This document shows positions 1 to 13,039 of a DNA stretch of 64,000 nucleotides, one piece after another (within the stretch, counting starts at the first letter, position 1; every line of letters starts with the position of its first letter). Location of the stretch: the NCBI GenBank assembly GCA_030704615.1, contig CM060733.1, positions 31,558,001 to 31,622,000 on the forward strand, written 5' to 3'. The notes beneath the pieces are model-generated. The model was not told the origin of the DNA. It worked only from the letters and a program-made list of their open reading frames with translations, and searched no databases. The position numbers and the translations under genes are program-made. The DNA comes from Takakia lepidozioides. Taxonomy: Eukaryota; Plantae; Bryophyta.

Positions 1-2260
1 AGCAATATGCTTACTAAGTTGTAGAGTAGAATTATTGTAGTTAGCTAGCATAAGCGTGGTGGCCGACAATCGATCAGAAGAAATCAGATGGTGCAGGGTA
101 AGGTACTGCCTCATAATCTCCAGCAATTTGTGCAATGATGCGGTGGGTAATTGGTTAGTAGCCTTTGGGCAGCGTCGAGCCGAGACGGTGTCCCGCGCGA
201 ACACCAGAAGCTCCTCTTGCTGTGCTGGTAGAGGAGGGAAGAACAACAATGCGTTGTTGGAGCTATGCTTCAGCTGACAAAGATTGAGAAGTCTTGTACC
301 AGGGTAAGTGAATTGTGGTACCATGAGTGGCGACTGACAGAGGGCAACTTGCCCAAGGTGCTGGTCTTGAGTCACAACACTGCACCTGTGGGGGCAGGGG
401 CATGGATAGCTAAAGGAGTAGGGATAGAGTGCAATGCTGGTGAATTGGCCATGAGTGGTCCGGTTGGTGAGAGAATGCCGGCAGGGGTACCCCATCAACC
501 TGAAGATAAAAGTACAACAGTTGGTCAGGCTTGAGATCATGTGCAGCAAGGCATTGTAAAGTGGAGAGTACATACCTGGGAATGGGTTTGCATTAACATG
601 ATACGACATTGAATAGGTGTGGGCAGGCTGATTGCAGTGGCACGCTTTGATGTGGTAGATGCGTGGGGTTTCGGGATAAATCTGTAAAACACAACACTTT
701 ATATCAGTGGGGGTGGGGGTAGATACAATAATGGTGGGAAAGTGATCAACATCTGTTGCTTGGTAGGGCAGCATCATAGCCTCAAAGGCGTGCTGCTAAG
801 CCCATGTGTGAGATACAGCAGCAGAAAATAAAGAGTAAGCACGAACATGTGACAGGGTGTGTGACTAGTAATTAGAGAGACATTGAATGGTCAAAAAAAT
901 GGGTAGGGAATAGTGAGAAGAATCATTTAGTGAAGGGCAGGGCCAACAACAAAGAGTATCGAGCCGTATGTCATCTGTTGTGGCAGCATGGTAGGGAGAG
1001 CAATTATGGCAAATGTGGCATGAAGTATGTGTACACGAGAATCGCCAGTGGGTGAACGAGACACAGAAAGAACCAATCCGGACTTGAAGGGCAACATGTA
1101 GATTATAGGTTTGCAAAAAGAAAGAGGGGGTTGAAGCGCGTAGGTAGTGTCGCATACCGTTCGGTCTTGGAAGAAGGTTGAGGGTAGAGTGGGTATGAGA
1201 ATGTATCTGTGCAACCAGGGCCTTAGCTGCGCTGGAGGGCGACTTCCGATCGCCAACACGCCACCGTTCACCAGGGTTTGAAGAAGGCCAAAGCAATCGT
1301 TGTCTTCCATCAGCTCGGTCTGCCAGCCCGTTGGCCACCATGCAGAACTGTCTAGATTCATTTCTCTAGGAGCCACCGGCTGTAAGAGTGTGCCCATTCG
1401 AATCAAGTTGTCGAAATGCAGGGTTGGGTTTCGCTCCACCAGGTACTGAGCAGCTTGAGGATGGTTGCGATGCCCGAGACTCCACGGGGGCTCTTGAGGT
1501 CAACTATGCGACAGTTGCATCTTGCCTGAGCAATGTCGTAGCAGGAGCTGCACACATCGCTTGCAAGGGTTGACAAGGGGGGAAGAGATGATAAACCGGG
1601 CATTTAAAGAGGTCTCGGTTTCTCCAAAATTGCCAAGCTGACCAAGGTCGGCGCATGCTGATCATTCGGGGATCTGATACCTGCGAGCTGCAGTGGTAAG
1701 GACGAGCATTCGGGTGCTTGTAGAGTGCAGTATTGGGGAGCCAAAGTAAAGAACTGTTGGTGTGACAGTTCCTCATAGCAGCTGGCTATGTTCATAGCGG
1801 AGACACTGCTTTTGAGCTGAAAAGTGAAAAACTTCATGGAATCAAGCAAAGTAAAGCTTAACAAAAGCGCTAGAGAGAGGCGGGTAAAGAGTGTGGTGGT
1901 GTCCACGATCAGCGTGAAAGATTCGTTGCGTAGCAACGAGATGAACAGAGGTCTTGGCCATGGTGGCGGCCGTAACTAGATAAGTAGAGTGGACAAGATA
2001 GCGGAAGCACCATAAAAATGACAAAGAGATAAGGGGCTAGTGGGAAGGATAGCAAAACCCTAAAGAGTTAGTCAGAGTTAAGAAATTAGCGGAGATCACA
2101 GCGGGAGGGCAGAGCTCCGCCCTCCGCGATTCTACATCTATCAAGTAACTGCCTTCCAAGTCTTCTATTACTATATCACTTTACAAGTCAATTCCTATGC
2201 ATTAAGCCAATTTAAGCAATTTCGCCATAAAGAAATGCTAGAAAATAAAGAAAATGAGAG

Positions 2261-2690
2261 AAATCCAGAAACCCCAAAAAAATTCACCCAAAAAAATATG
2301 ACGGCGAACAAGCCTTGGCGGTAAGGCGGTGTGTGTGCAGGTGCTGGGGATTAAGGTGTCGTCAACGACATCTTAATTCCCAGTACGAGTTGGCATATGA
2401 CAATTCATGGAAAAATCAGAAACCCCAAAAAAATTCACCCAAAAAAATCTGATGGCGAACAAGCCTTGGCGGTAAGGCGGTGTGTGTACAGGTGCTGGGG
2501 ATTAAGGTGTCGTCAACGACATCTTAATTCCAAGTACGAGTTGGAATATGACAATTCATGGAAAAATCAAAAACTCCAAAAAATTCACCCAAAAAAATAT
2601 GATGGCGAACAAGCCTTGGCGGTAAGGCGGTGTGTGTGCAGGTGCTGGGGATTAAGGTGTCGTCAACGACATCTTAATTCCCAGTACGTG
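2261..2690. repeat. ~150-bp tandem repeat (about 3 copies) with an internal hairpin
   Basis: GCGAACAAGCCTTGGCGGTAAGG recurs at ~2304, 2455 and 2605. Each unit contains GGATTAAGGTGTCGTCAACGACATCTTAATTCC, a near-perfect stem. Confidence 0.9.
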
Positions 2691-3479
2691 TTTTGAAATG
2701 TTTACTTGTAAAGCACGAGTTCACCTCTCTGCCTTCTTTAGATTTGGGTGTGAGCCTTTCTCTCAACCTTGGATACCTGGAAAAATGACAAGTAACCCCT
2801 CCTCAATCCACAAAACAATGTGGATTCATTGTTGGCAATATACACTGTACTTTCACAATTGATTTGCAAGCAAGACTAGCATGGTTTAAAGGATTTTGGA
2901 GCTACTACTACAAAACAACTTTGTATTATTTCATTTATTTCATTCATCCATGTCTCATTCATCATACAGACATTCATCCGCCATTCATCCCTCATTCATC
3001 CCAACAGCATCCATAACCGACCTTGTGATACCGGCCACTCTACGCAGTAATAAGTTTTCAAAGTCGACTGGACGTCCGCGGTTATAGGTAGGCAGGTCCT
3101 CAAGCGTGAGCAGATTTCTGCTTACGAAATTTTCTGCTCGCGGGATTTGCTCACACAATAGCATCCCCCAACCCAGAGAATGGGAGACCTCCCCTAAAGT
3201 ACTTGAGAGGTTACTAGGTATCTAGGTAGCTTCTAGGTGCGTCTATTGAGAATGGGAGCCCTCCCGCCCTCAAGCCCTCCCCCGAATTTGAGGAGGAATA
3301 CAGGGTCCCATATTCTCATCTTCACCTTCACCTTCATCTTTTCATCTTCACAAATCTCTTCTCTCTTCATCAGTTGACGCAATCTGGTGCTACCAGGTAG
3401 CACGGGAGGCCTCCCGTGGTCTAGATGGTGACGTCCATCTCAGAGCTATGTGGTGGTGACGCGTTGAGTCTAGAGGAAA

Positions 3480-3960
3480 GCCTTAGCTTTGGAGATTCAC
3501 GGTTAGTTGCTGAGGCTATCTGCCTGAATGTATCAAGAGAGGGATTCTGTCATGGCAGGCCTCTCTCGAGCAGTCTGGTGAGTATCGTCTTGAAGACCGT
3601 CTTACTTGGACTAGAGACAGTCAGATTGATTTTCTCACATCCAGATGATGATATGATTGGGGAAGCTTTGGGCACACATGTTGTTTGGAATATAAGACAT
3701 ATTCTAAAACTAGTGTGACCACATGATGAAGAGGTGAGGTCCAATGGAGGGACAAATTCGAGTAATCTAAAGAATGCACATGATACTGAACGTGCACACA
3801 ATGTAAGGACCGAATCCGGAATACAGCTAGGTCGAGATGCTTGGCGTCATCGCATGTGCATGCTTCTTAATGATGAGAAGGGCGTCATTGCCAAGGCAGG
3901 ATTGAGGCTTGCTATCCTGAGGAGACTATTCTGGGTTACAGTCTTGGAGAGGTGTGGCAA
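3480..3960 (+). pseudogene. CACTA/EnSpm TnpA-like (Transposase_23/DUF8039-type) fragments, two degenerate domain repeats
   Basis: LVAEAIC..CHGRPLSSSLVSIVLK..LIFSHPDDDMIGEALGTHVVW resembles the VA.G...vhG.pL...V.V...L..p....gdA.G..i.W pattern. A second, frameshifted repeat reads CMLLNDEKGVIAK/GRIEACYPEETILGYSLGE. Confidence 0.45.
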
Positions 3961-4112
3961 TGTAAACAAGCATAAAAGAGCTATGGGCTCTCTTGCTTTG
4001 GCAAGACGTAAAAACCAGTGTTGGTCTGGCATCAGGTTTAGGACATACCAAATTGGTCACAAAATTTTCATACCAGTCTGATATATATAATGGTGGATGT
4101 ATTTTTTCTTAA

Positions 4113-4854
4113 AGTTGCAGGATTGGGTGGATCAAAAGCGGCACATGTTGAGTCCATTGGAAGTCCGTGGAATTTTTTTTGTTGAGTCTATTGCTTTCAG
4201 TTTATTTTTTAAAGATAGATAGTAGTATACATAACATTTTTAGTAAAGAGTCCCTCCTCAAATATTAAAAGATTCTTTACTATATATTTTAATCTTTAAT
4301 TTTTTTTTAAAAATAGACGTCAAAATCTAGAGTTTACAACCACTTGTCCATATACCACCTGGCACATCTAGATTGTAGGTTTGTATGGTTTTTCAGTAAA
4401 AGACGACACCTCACAAACCCAAAACATAAGATGTTATGGACTAGAGCAAATCAACATGTTTTTATGTGCAAAAATAGTCTATAGCTCTCAATTCCTAAGA
4501 TAACTAGTCCATATAAAAGTGGATTTGGGTTGGATTTAAAAATGGCACCCCTAGTGTGTTTTCATTTGTGCTAGTGTATGAGTGTACATGATGTTTTTTC
4601 AGTCCATAAGATTTTATGTGTAACATCTGCACTCCACAGTAATCAACTTTAATAGTCCATGGCTCTCTAATACATGATTGTTTTGCAATCTAACAATTGG
4701 CACACATACCTATTGTAGTTAGAAACCCTATACCATATAAATTTAGATGAAATATTGAGTTGTTGGACAAATATGGGTAAAACCATGGAGGGAGGTCACT
4801 ACAGAAATTGCCATGTTACACAAAAACTGAGACACCCAATCCTGCAAATACCCT
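4113..4854. mobile_element. AT-rich non-autonomous TIR (MITE-like) element, homologous to 12204-12958
   Basis: GTTGCAGGATTGGGTG (4114) is inverted with CACCCAATCCTGCAAATACCC (~4834-4854). The internal sequence aligns by eye with 12300-12560 (e.g. TTGTCCATATACCACCT). Confidence 0.55.
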
Positions 4855-5844
4855 TTTCCAGATACTGGTATGAGTATGAGTATCATGACCACAATACCAG
4901 CTGGTGGGAGATATCAAATTTGGTATCATTCCAAAGCCATTTGACTTACAAGTTTATCAAATATCAAATGAAAACAAATAAAATAAATATAAATAATTAC
5001 ATGTACGTACACATAAACTAATATAGTACATATACCAAAGTAAATGATCAGGAAGACGAGAGGTGGGGGGGGGGTAAAACTGGTATTGTGGCTGGTATAA
5101 GAAAACGGATACCAGCCTGGTCTAGTATAATGACCTGGTAAATAGAACTTAAGATCCCTGATACCAGGGTTGATACCAACGTTGATACTTGGGTCTGATA
5201 CCCATACCAAGCCAACACTGGTAAAAACCTGCTCTAGATTTTCCTTTGATATGTTTAGGACATTTTGAAGCAAAATTTACCCACTAGTGGATCCGAGAAA
5301 ATATGAGCATGGAATCTGTGGATCCAAAAAATTTCCATAGGCCGATTTGTGGAACTTGTCCCTTCGATAAGAGCTCATCTAGGGTTGAAATGGAGCCAGG
5401 TAGTCAGAGGATGGACCAGATGTTCCACTGTATGACAGCTGGTGGAACCATGATTTCCACTCTCAGATTTTTACGCAGCGGAAAGTTCCAGCCCGCGGAC
5501 TTTTTGCTGTTTAAGGGTCTACCCTCTTGCCCACCCTTAAACGGCGGAAAGTCCTGGTGGGTACATAAAGCACCTAAAAAATTTGCATGGGGTATTTGTA
5601 TGGCAATTATTAGGAAGAATAACACGGCTATGACGACCAGTCTCCAGTGCAACGTGCAGTATGCGCCATGAAATGCACCGTGGTTTTTGTTTCCTTATCT
5701 TTACAACCTCCATCTTTTTAAAGGCAAAGACCACGCTTACCCAACAAGTTTAAGGCAAGCGTGTGAGGTGGTGGGGCCCTTGGTCGGAGCTATGCTCCGG
5801 CAAACTACCAGTCAAATCTCATCCCCCATTGGGAAGGTGGGGAA

Positions 5845-6290
5845 CGCTCCAACGCTTCTTGTTCCCTCCTCATGCTCCCCACCTTTAGGACCATGTTCCC
5901 AAACAATCTCCATTAATTTTGCTCTCCCTGTTCCCAGTCCCCGCTCCCCTCCTCGCTCCCCTATTCCCGCTCCCCATTGGGACAGGGAAGCGGGGACCGG
6001 GAACAGGGGAGCGAGCCGCATTCCACAGGGCTAGGAGGGGAGCAGGGACCGAGAACAGGGGAGCGAGCGACATTCCACAGGGCGAGGAGGGGAGCGGGGG
6101 TCAGGAATAGGGGAGCGAGCCGCATTCCAGGATGAGGAAGGGGGCGGGGACCGGGAACAGGGGAACGAGCCGCATTCCACATGGCGAGGAGGGGAGCGAG
6201 GACCGGGAACAAAGGAGCGAGGATGGGGGAGCGGGTGTGGGAACAAAGGAGGGGACACTGGGAACAAGAAGGAGGAGTGGAGCGAGGATC
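5845..6290. repeat. GC-rich ~50-bp tandem repeats in a fold-back arrangement (probable TE remnant)
   Basis: GGGAACAGGGGGAGCGAGCCGCATTCC-type units occur at 5990-6210, with inverted partial copies at 5850-5975. Confidence 0.7.
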
Positions 6291-6539
6291 TTGGACTTAA
6301 TTATTTTGGAGATGAAAAAAATCAATAATTAGTCTCATGTGCAAACCAATCACTCAGCATGCCTGGCTTGCGACCATCTGAACCTCAGACCTTGCTACTA
6401 TACTACATATTACCTAGCCACCACATTACCAGCCGCTTCTTGCCAAACCTCTGAATTTTTAATGTTTTATCCTAGAATACAGGCTCGCAGGTGAGAGGGG
6501 AGCAAGAGGAGGGGGGGGGGGGGGGGGATTTTGACAGCG

Positions 6540-7457
6540 TGTCAAACGGCTTTTACTCACCCATCCCTTCGTTATCCGAGGTGGGAACTCCAAGATAGAA
6601 GAGATGGAAATCTCGAAGCACTCAGCCCACTCAGAACAATCAGTCATGACCTACAGCTAGTGTATCATGGGGGTGTTTCCTATTTGTACTCCTTCCCGCA
6701 TTCATGTTAGTAAGTTACCTTACTATCTGCGATTAAGTATCAGTTTGCTTCAGAAATCTATCAAGTTCCATCCATTCATTCCACAGCTTCTCTCAGGTCT
6801 CTCTACACAGTGTGAGTATGAAGTATGTATCAGATTAATATCTATCAAGTATCAGGCTGAAGCCATGGTGTCTCTAATCTACTCTACATTACAATTCTAC
6901 AGCTTGCATTCATCAAGTAACAACAGATCGTCACTTCTCCTACTCCGTGGTCTTCATCTTTCCCTTCAGAGATGTGCTCTCCCCCCTATTTCCCAAGCCC
7001 TGATGCCAGAAGTTCCCCACCCCCCAGTGATCCCCAAGAAGTCCCCCTCGAGATGTCCCCGCTTCTCGCTTTATCTATTTACAAGCCGTTCTAACCGCTT
7101 TCCTAACTAACCGTTATCTCTGTAGTACACGTTCCTTTTTCAGATGTCGTTCCCCCACAGTCGTTCCCTGCCAATGGTAACTGTTCCCCAGCTGTGCCGA
7201 GCTGCGACTGGCTGTATCAGGCTGTGGCGGGCTGTGACTGGCTGTGTAGGGCTGTGCGAAGCTGTGGCGGCTGTGTCGGGCTGTGATGATTGTGTCGGCT
7301 GTGTTAGACTGTGATGGACTGTGTCGAGCTGTGTATCTTCCCCCTTTAAGCCTGTTGTTGTCACCCCTAAGGCTCCTGTTGGTCTCAGTCTGTGTAAAAA
7401 TTAAGGGTACCCCACAGATCCCGTAAAAGCGTCTAAGTCCCAAGCAGCCCTCTAACA
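6540..7457 (-). mobile_element. 3' LTR of Ty3/gypsy family 1 (diverged subfamily)
   Basis: Termini read TGTTAGA...TTTGACA on the minus strand. Homologous to the LTRs at 51314, 59100 and 61091, with an adjacent PPT. Confidence 0.92.
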
Positions 7458-7460
7458 TTT

Positions 7461-7475
7461 ACCCCTCCCCCTCTC
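7461..7475 (-). other. Polypurine tract (PPT)
   Basis: Minus strand reads GAGAGGGGGAGGGGT, followed by AAA and the LTR start TGTTAG. Confidence 0.85.
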
Positions 7476-7489
7476 AAAAAGTCGTGTCC

Positions 7490-8426
7490 TCACGGTTTAC
7501 TGTTTGGGATTTGGAAACCTTTGTGAGCGAGCACCCTTCTGACGGTTCGTGAAGGACTCCTTGTGCGAGCTCGAGTCCTGTTACTGGTTGATGGAGATGA
7601 TTGAACACTACCTGGAAATGTCAGTCCCTCCTTTGGCTGATATCGAGGTAATCTCTCAGGCATAGGAGACCCCCGTCGCTTCTTTTCTGCCATCTGAATT
7701 GCATAGTCCTCTGCCATGTCAAAAGAGTCCGCTGAAGAACCAGTAGTATCAGAATCGTCTTCCCCCCTGAGGTGTTTTAACGGTCAAACTCTAACTGGAA
7801 TCCTCTGGGGCATACAATGTGGTCCCACCATGTCTGGAAGTTTAATCTGTAAAACTTGTTGTAAGCGCTGAATTGCAAAATTGGTGAAGACCCTGAACTC
7901 CTTGTCCGTATAGGTGAGTGGTGTGCCAATGACTTGGGAACAGTGCAAGTATTTACATGCCTCTTGGCTCTTAAAGAAAATATCTTCAGTGCAAAATTTC
8001 TGTGTTGTCAAATTGTTCCAAGCCGAATGAAACCATGAACGAAGTTGGGAGTCCTTTTGCATCATCACCTTTATATGAGGTGGCACTGAAGGTAAGACCC
8101 AATGATCCCCACTGGACTAACTCAGAAAGCGCGATTGCATCTTCTGCTGCTCAATGTGATAACGTGCCAGAAAACAAGCAGCATAGTATAACCCGCAGCC
8201 CATGACAATACTTGCTACCTCCTTGGTCTTGGTATAAATGTACCCATGTACAACTTGGAAGGCAATTAATTCCTTCAACATGGTACTTGCCTCGTGCCAG
8301 TACCTCGCAAAGTGATGATCCTCAATGGGTCGATTGTTCGGAAGAACCTTAGTCCTAGTTGTCATTGGCAGCAAAATGCGCATGATCTGGTAGTAATGTG
8401 CCAACGACTGTGGAGGACTAAATTCT
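7490..8426 (-). pseudogene. C-terminal part of the family-1 3' extra ORF, interrupted by a MULE insertion at 8427
   Basis: ORF pieces (AHYYQIMR.., KDSQLRSWF.., AEDYAIQMAEKK) match the C-terminus of 56521-58908. Confidence 0.85.
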
Positions 8427-10574
8427 GGGGGCTGCTATTTCATGAGCGGCATGAGCATGAGCGGGAAAAAAAAAAGCATGAGCAGACCATTGTGAGTCCA
8501 CGGAAATAGGGTTAGGAGGCACGGAAATAGGGTCATGTGAAGTTGGAATGTGGCACCAGTGGACTTGAAATGCAACATTTTATTGCAAATTTTGTGGCAA
8601 TCCACGTCTATACAAGTGTGTTCTAACTGTCATAGCCGGAATGGGCACTACTCTCCTACACCCTCCGAGGAACTTGCCCCACCTTCTTCCTCATCCCCCT
8701 CATCCCCTCATCCTCCGAGCTCTGTGATGCATCAGTTCCACTATGCCTCTCAAAAATCCCGTCCTCTCCTTGGGGGACTGTCCACCTCACCTCCTGGGAA
8801 TCTTCTGCGTCTTCTCCCCCACTTTCCTCAGCAGAATCCAACACAAATCTACGAGCCCGACGGGCTCTAATAGCTGTTGCCTCCTCCCTGATCTTCATTT
8901 TCTTGAGGCTTGCCTCGTCTAAAATCTGCTGTACACGTTCGGAACACCTCCTAATGGACACCGAAGCAAGCCGGGCAGCATAAGTAGGAAGGATGTACTC
9001 CCTTTCTGGACTAGGCATGAAATCCCCCCTGGCAAAAAAATGCACGTTCCTCCAACCCATGAACTCCAGTGTAGACGTCCCTCCGGCAGTACTTGGCATC
9101 CTACAGTAAGAACAAATCCACTTCAAGAATGTCAATACCAGCACAACCAGAAAGGGTTTTCAATGAAATAAGAGAGCGGAGGGAGGTGCCTCACGAAATC
9201 TAGAGGCAACTTACAATGCCACCACTCACTCGTAAACCGGGGGCTCCTCGGCCTCGATCCCAACTTCCTCCCCCTGCTCCTTCTCGGATTTTTCCTCATC
9301 CTCCGAGGATGCCTCTTCCTCTTTCAGCAGACGTTCAGCCACTGCAAGTTCCGAGTTGTGGAGGGCAGTATCTGGCTCGAAGGCAAACACATGCCTGTCG
9401 GACAACGTCCCTGCCCGCATTGAAGCACCTGAGGAACAAAGCGGGCGGTTAATAGCTTGCGGCATGCAATTGCAATCGGGCCAGGGGACAAACTGAGCAC
9501 GTGAAGGCTTACCCGTGCCGCATGTGAGGTCCAGAATCCGCCCTTGGACATCCGAGCACGTCTCCATGAGGGTTTGGATGAAAGCAGGGCTCCGGGTCCG
9601 GCTGTACCGCCACGGTTTGCCTGTCTTTGTGTCCTTCGGCATACTAGAGTGGGGCACATAGTTGTAGAGGACATCGTAGGTTACAAGGTCCACAGCGGCA
9701 TCAACAAGACGACCGTCGTTGCGGAATTTGAACGTAGACCCTCTCTTCACAAAGCAATATGCCTCAAACACCAATGTCTGCACATCCAACAAAGAAGGGA
9801 TCAACTCCAGGGTCTACTTAACATACACCACAATATGAAGTGAATGCAATAGATTGATAACTTACACTTTGGCCCTCTGTTCGCAACCCCTGTATACTGA
9901 TGCATAACCATTTTCTGAGGAGGACCGGGGTGACACTTTTCGGTGTCCACCTTGCCACCGCATTCTCTGTGGTCTTCCCTCTCGTGGCAAGGACAACCAC
10001 ACATCCACCGTCATCCAGAAGCATCCCCGCCAGCCCAAACCCGGCTTTCCAGTAGTCCTCAGTAAACCTGTTCCAGGTGGGCACACCATCCAGGCCCTCC
10101 AGTAGCTCCCCATCTGGAATGTCGAGGAGAATCATGTTGCGAGCTCTCTCCACCTCAACCCCCCCCCCCCGGAGTGCTCTTGCAACCCGTGCTCACAACC
10201 GTGAAGAATTCCATCATGGCTTCAAAACCAGGGGTGTCTTTAGGCTCTGTACCGCCAGCACTCTTCTTGGCTTTCCCCTTCTGCTCTGCCAGAGACTTGC
10301 TGTGTGCCACCTTCTTCGCCCTGGCAGCGAGAGCGTCAAGGAAGCCCTCATTGACGCATTGGATGATGGTTGGAGGTTCTAGCTTTGGCCTGTGCGTAAA
10401 CACCACCGCCGAATATCGCCGTGTAGGCTCGCCCTCAAATGCCAACTTCTTGGCAGAGCCAGTCCCACTCCGAACTGACTTGGGAACCCGGACGACCGGT
10501 GACTGGGTAGGAGCAACAGCAGTCGCAGGACCTTGAACAAAGTCGTCGTCCGAGTCACTCTCTTGGGTCCCCTC
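8427..10574. mobile_element. Left end of the MULE-like element (copy 1), carrying the 3' part of the ParB-MTase cargo gene
   Basis: Begins GGGGGCTGCTATTTCATGAGCGGC exactly where retrotransposon homology stops. The same terminus occurs at 28104. Near-identical to 28104-30275 except for the MTase segment. Confidence 0.8.
9230..10153 (-). CDS. Beta-class N6-adenine/N4-cytosine DNA methyltransferase domain (spliced; C-terminal part of the cargo gene, 5' part truncated in this copy)
   Basis: Motif order is IV (MILLDIPDG, 10112-10123) ... LLDDGGCVVV ... KW..E.Y.F.K ... RSPAFIQTLMETCSDVQGRILDLTCGTGASMRAGTLSDRHVFAFEPD (motifs X-I-II). GT-AG introns at ~9865-9779 and ~9512-9429 join the frames exactly. 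Confidence 0.8.
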
Positions 10575-11015
10575 TGTCGCGCGGCTTTTACTCACCCATC
10601 CCTTCGCTATCCGAGGCGGAAACTCCAAGATAGAAGAGTTGGAAATCTCTAAGCACTCAGCCCGCTCAGAACAATCAGTCATGACCTATAGCTAGTGTAT
10701 CATGGGGGTGTTTCCTATTTGTTTTCCTTCCCGCATTCATGTTAGCTGGTTACCATATTGTTGGTAATTAAATATCAGTTTGCTTCAGCAATCTATCGGA
10801 TTCCATCAACTCATCCATTCATTCCACAGCTTCACTCAGATCTCTCTACACAGTGTGAGTATGAAGTATGTATCAGATTAATATCTATCAAGTATCAGGC
10901 TGAAGCCATGGAGTCTCTAATCTGCTCTACATTACAACTCTACTGCTTGCATTCATTAAGCATCAACAGATCATCCTCCTCCTACTCTGTGCTCTCAGAG
11001 ATGCGCTCTCTGCCT
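10575..11015 (-). mobile_element. Truncated family-1 LTR inserted into the MULE cargo gene
   Basis: Starts TGTCGCGCGGCTTTTACTC like 61091. The insertion point is defined by comparison with the uninterrupted copy at ~30270. Confidence 0.9.
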
Positions 11016-11234
11016 TCCGAAACCCTCCGAAGGAAGTCCGTGTCAATTTCCCCCGCCTGATGGGAACTCGGCGACCACAGCACAAACCCTGACTCAGAAG
11101 TCTGTACCGATTTCCCGAACGCAGACTCGGAAGTCGGTGCCGACATGCCAAACCTAGCCTGGGAAGTCGGCATAGACTTCTCATGCCCTCAAACCGGGTG
11201 AAGTCGACACGGACTTCCAATTTACATACCATGC

Positions 11235-11693
11235 ATGTCCAGATATTGGGAGTGTGCAGCTTCATTCGACGCAGTTGCAGATCGTGACTATTACCCAAAA
11301 ACCTGGTGGAACGGGACTTTCAACCGCAAGAAACAAATAGTAGTTAGGCGCACGAAGGTCGGATTGGCAATGTCTCTGACGGCCACCATTCGGTCCTTCC
11401 GTGATGTCCCTCGCCCTGGAGTTGGGAGAGTTTACAATATCAGCACTGCAAGATCCTCCAAAAAAAAAGAGGTCTACAACATCTCCATCGGCACTTACCC
11501 GGAGTGCACCTGTATGGATTTTCTGAAGATGCGGAACCTGAAGGAATCTTATAAGCAATGCAAGCACATTTACTACATCATGTTGCGACGTCTTCAAGTC
11601 CGTGCCGACTTGCCAATGATAAATCACCCAACTTTAAGTATTAATGAGATCTGCTCCCTGCTCCGGAATGACCCCTGTTCTTGGTCGGAGTAG
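11235..11693 (+). pseudogene. SWIM zinc-finger C-terminus of a second, related MULE transposase
   Basis: YNISIGTYPECTCMDF..YKQCKHIYY fits CxC..CxH and is homologous to 41035-41385. Confidence 0.8.
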
Positions 11694-12203
11694 TATGATG
11701 TCCAATGTCTTACACTGATTTGTTGATGTGTACTGGGACAATATCTACTAGGACGGTACTAGGACAGTATCTTAGTCCCATTTTCCAACTGTCTGACAGA
11801 CGTATTCAACATTTCTTTTCCATCTGGGATGTGATTCGGAAGGTTGGCGGGCGCCTCCCATTTAGACATGATACCAATTCGCATGCACAATTTTTTTGAC
11901 ACAAACTTGTTGAGACCATGGAGAAGTCTGTGTCGACTTTCTTTTTTTGCCAATTCTGCAAATCACCACGGAAAGTCTGTGCATACTTGCATTTCTCTTA
12001 CACTTACGAATTTCGGCCATGGTGAAGTCTGCACCGACTTCAGAAAACCCCAAACTTGTAAAGGATATGGTGATGTGTTTGATGACTTCACATTTCTTAA
12101 GCACGCCTAAAGGCCATTTGCAATTCTGTGCCGACTTCCCACTCCAACGATACTTCTAAACGATGTGGAGAAGTCGGTGCCGACTTCCGATTCATCTCCA
12201 TCT

Positions 12204-12958
12204 GGGTAGTTGCAGGATAGGGTGTCTCACTTTCGGCAGATGGTGACGTCCATGACAATTTTTATTTTTATTTTTATTTTTTTGGAAGCATATTTCTCAG
12301 TTTGATTCTTATAAAGATAGACAATAGTATATTTAACATCTTTAGTAAAGGGTCTAACCCCAAATATTATAGATATTATTTATTAGAAATTTTAATCTTT
12401 AATTGGAAAAACCTTTTAGGAGTCAAATCTTAGAATCTATGACCATTTGTCCATATACCACCTAGCCATCCTAGATTATATGTTTGTAGATTTATTAGTA
12501 AAAGATGATATCCCAAAAACCCAAAAGTCAATATGCTATGGACTAATGAAAAACACCTGTTTTTTTGTTGTATAAAAAAGTCCATAGCTTGATCAAAATT
12601 TGATAGATTTTCAAACTACTTTCACCTATTGAAACATTGTACAATTTACACATGGCTTTTTGTCCTTATCACAATTGGTTACATTTACATATGTTTCTTA
12701 GAGTCCATAGCACAATAAACTGTGCTGATGACAAAATAGTGTTTGAGATTCAAAAGTCCATAGCATTCTTATAATTCACCCAATTTGTTAAAAAAATTGT
12801 TACGTTATATAGATCTCGTAGGTGGTATACAAGAACCAATGTCCTTTATAATAAAGATGAGCTATTGTGAACAAATAAAAAGATAACATGAAGCACAGTC
12901 ATTGAAAAACTGCCCGATGACGTTCAAATTGAGATACACTATCCTGCAACCAGTGCCC
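12204..12958. mobile_element. AT-rich MITE-like element with ~22-bp imperfect TIRs
   Basis: AGTTGCAGGATAGGGTGTCTCA (12208) is inverted with TGAGATACACTATCCTGCAACC (12930). Homologous to 4113-4854. Confidence 0.65.
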
Positions 12959-13039
12959 ATCTTATACGGGCCATGGAGAAGTCTATGCCGACTTGCCATT
13001 TTTGAGACACATCGGCACAGTACATGTCCATTTCCGTGC

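Noticed and set aside
56-2140. Degenerate minus-strand coding-like region
   Set aside because: Only broken ORFs with no recognisable motif; cannot be assigned.
3401-3424. Helitron 3' end (hairpin + CTAG)
   Set aside because: The hairpin is only 2 nt from CTAG and is followed by A rather than T. No Rep/helicase or 5' end was found.
6667-7110. ORFs inside family-1 LTRs (also 10758, 51495, 59519, 61277)
   Set aside because: Lengths and ends differ between LTR copies and no domain is recognisable.
9230-10153. Bacterial contamination or DIRS-type MTase
   Set aside because: The gene has spliceosomal introns and is interleaved with plant LTR elements. No tyrosine recombinase or DIRS RT is nearby.
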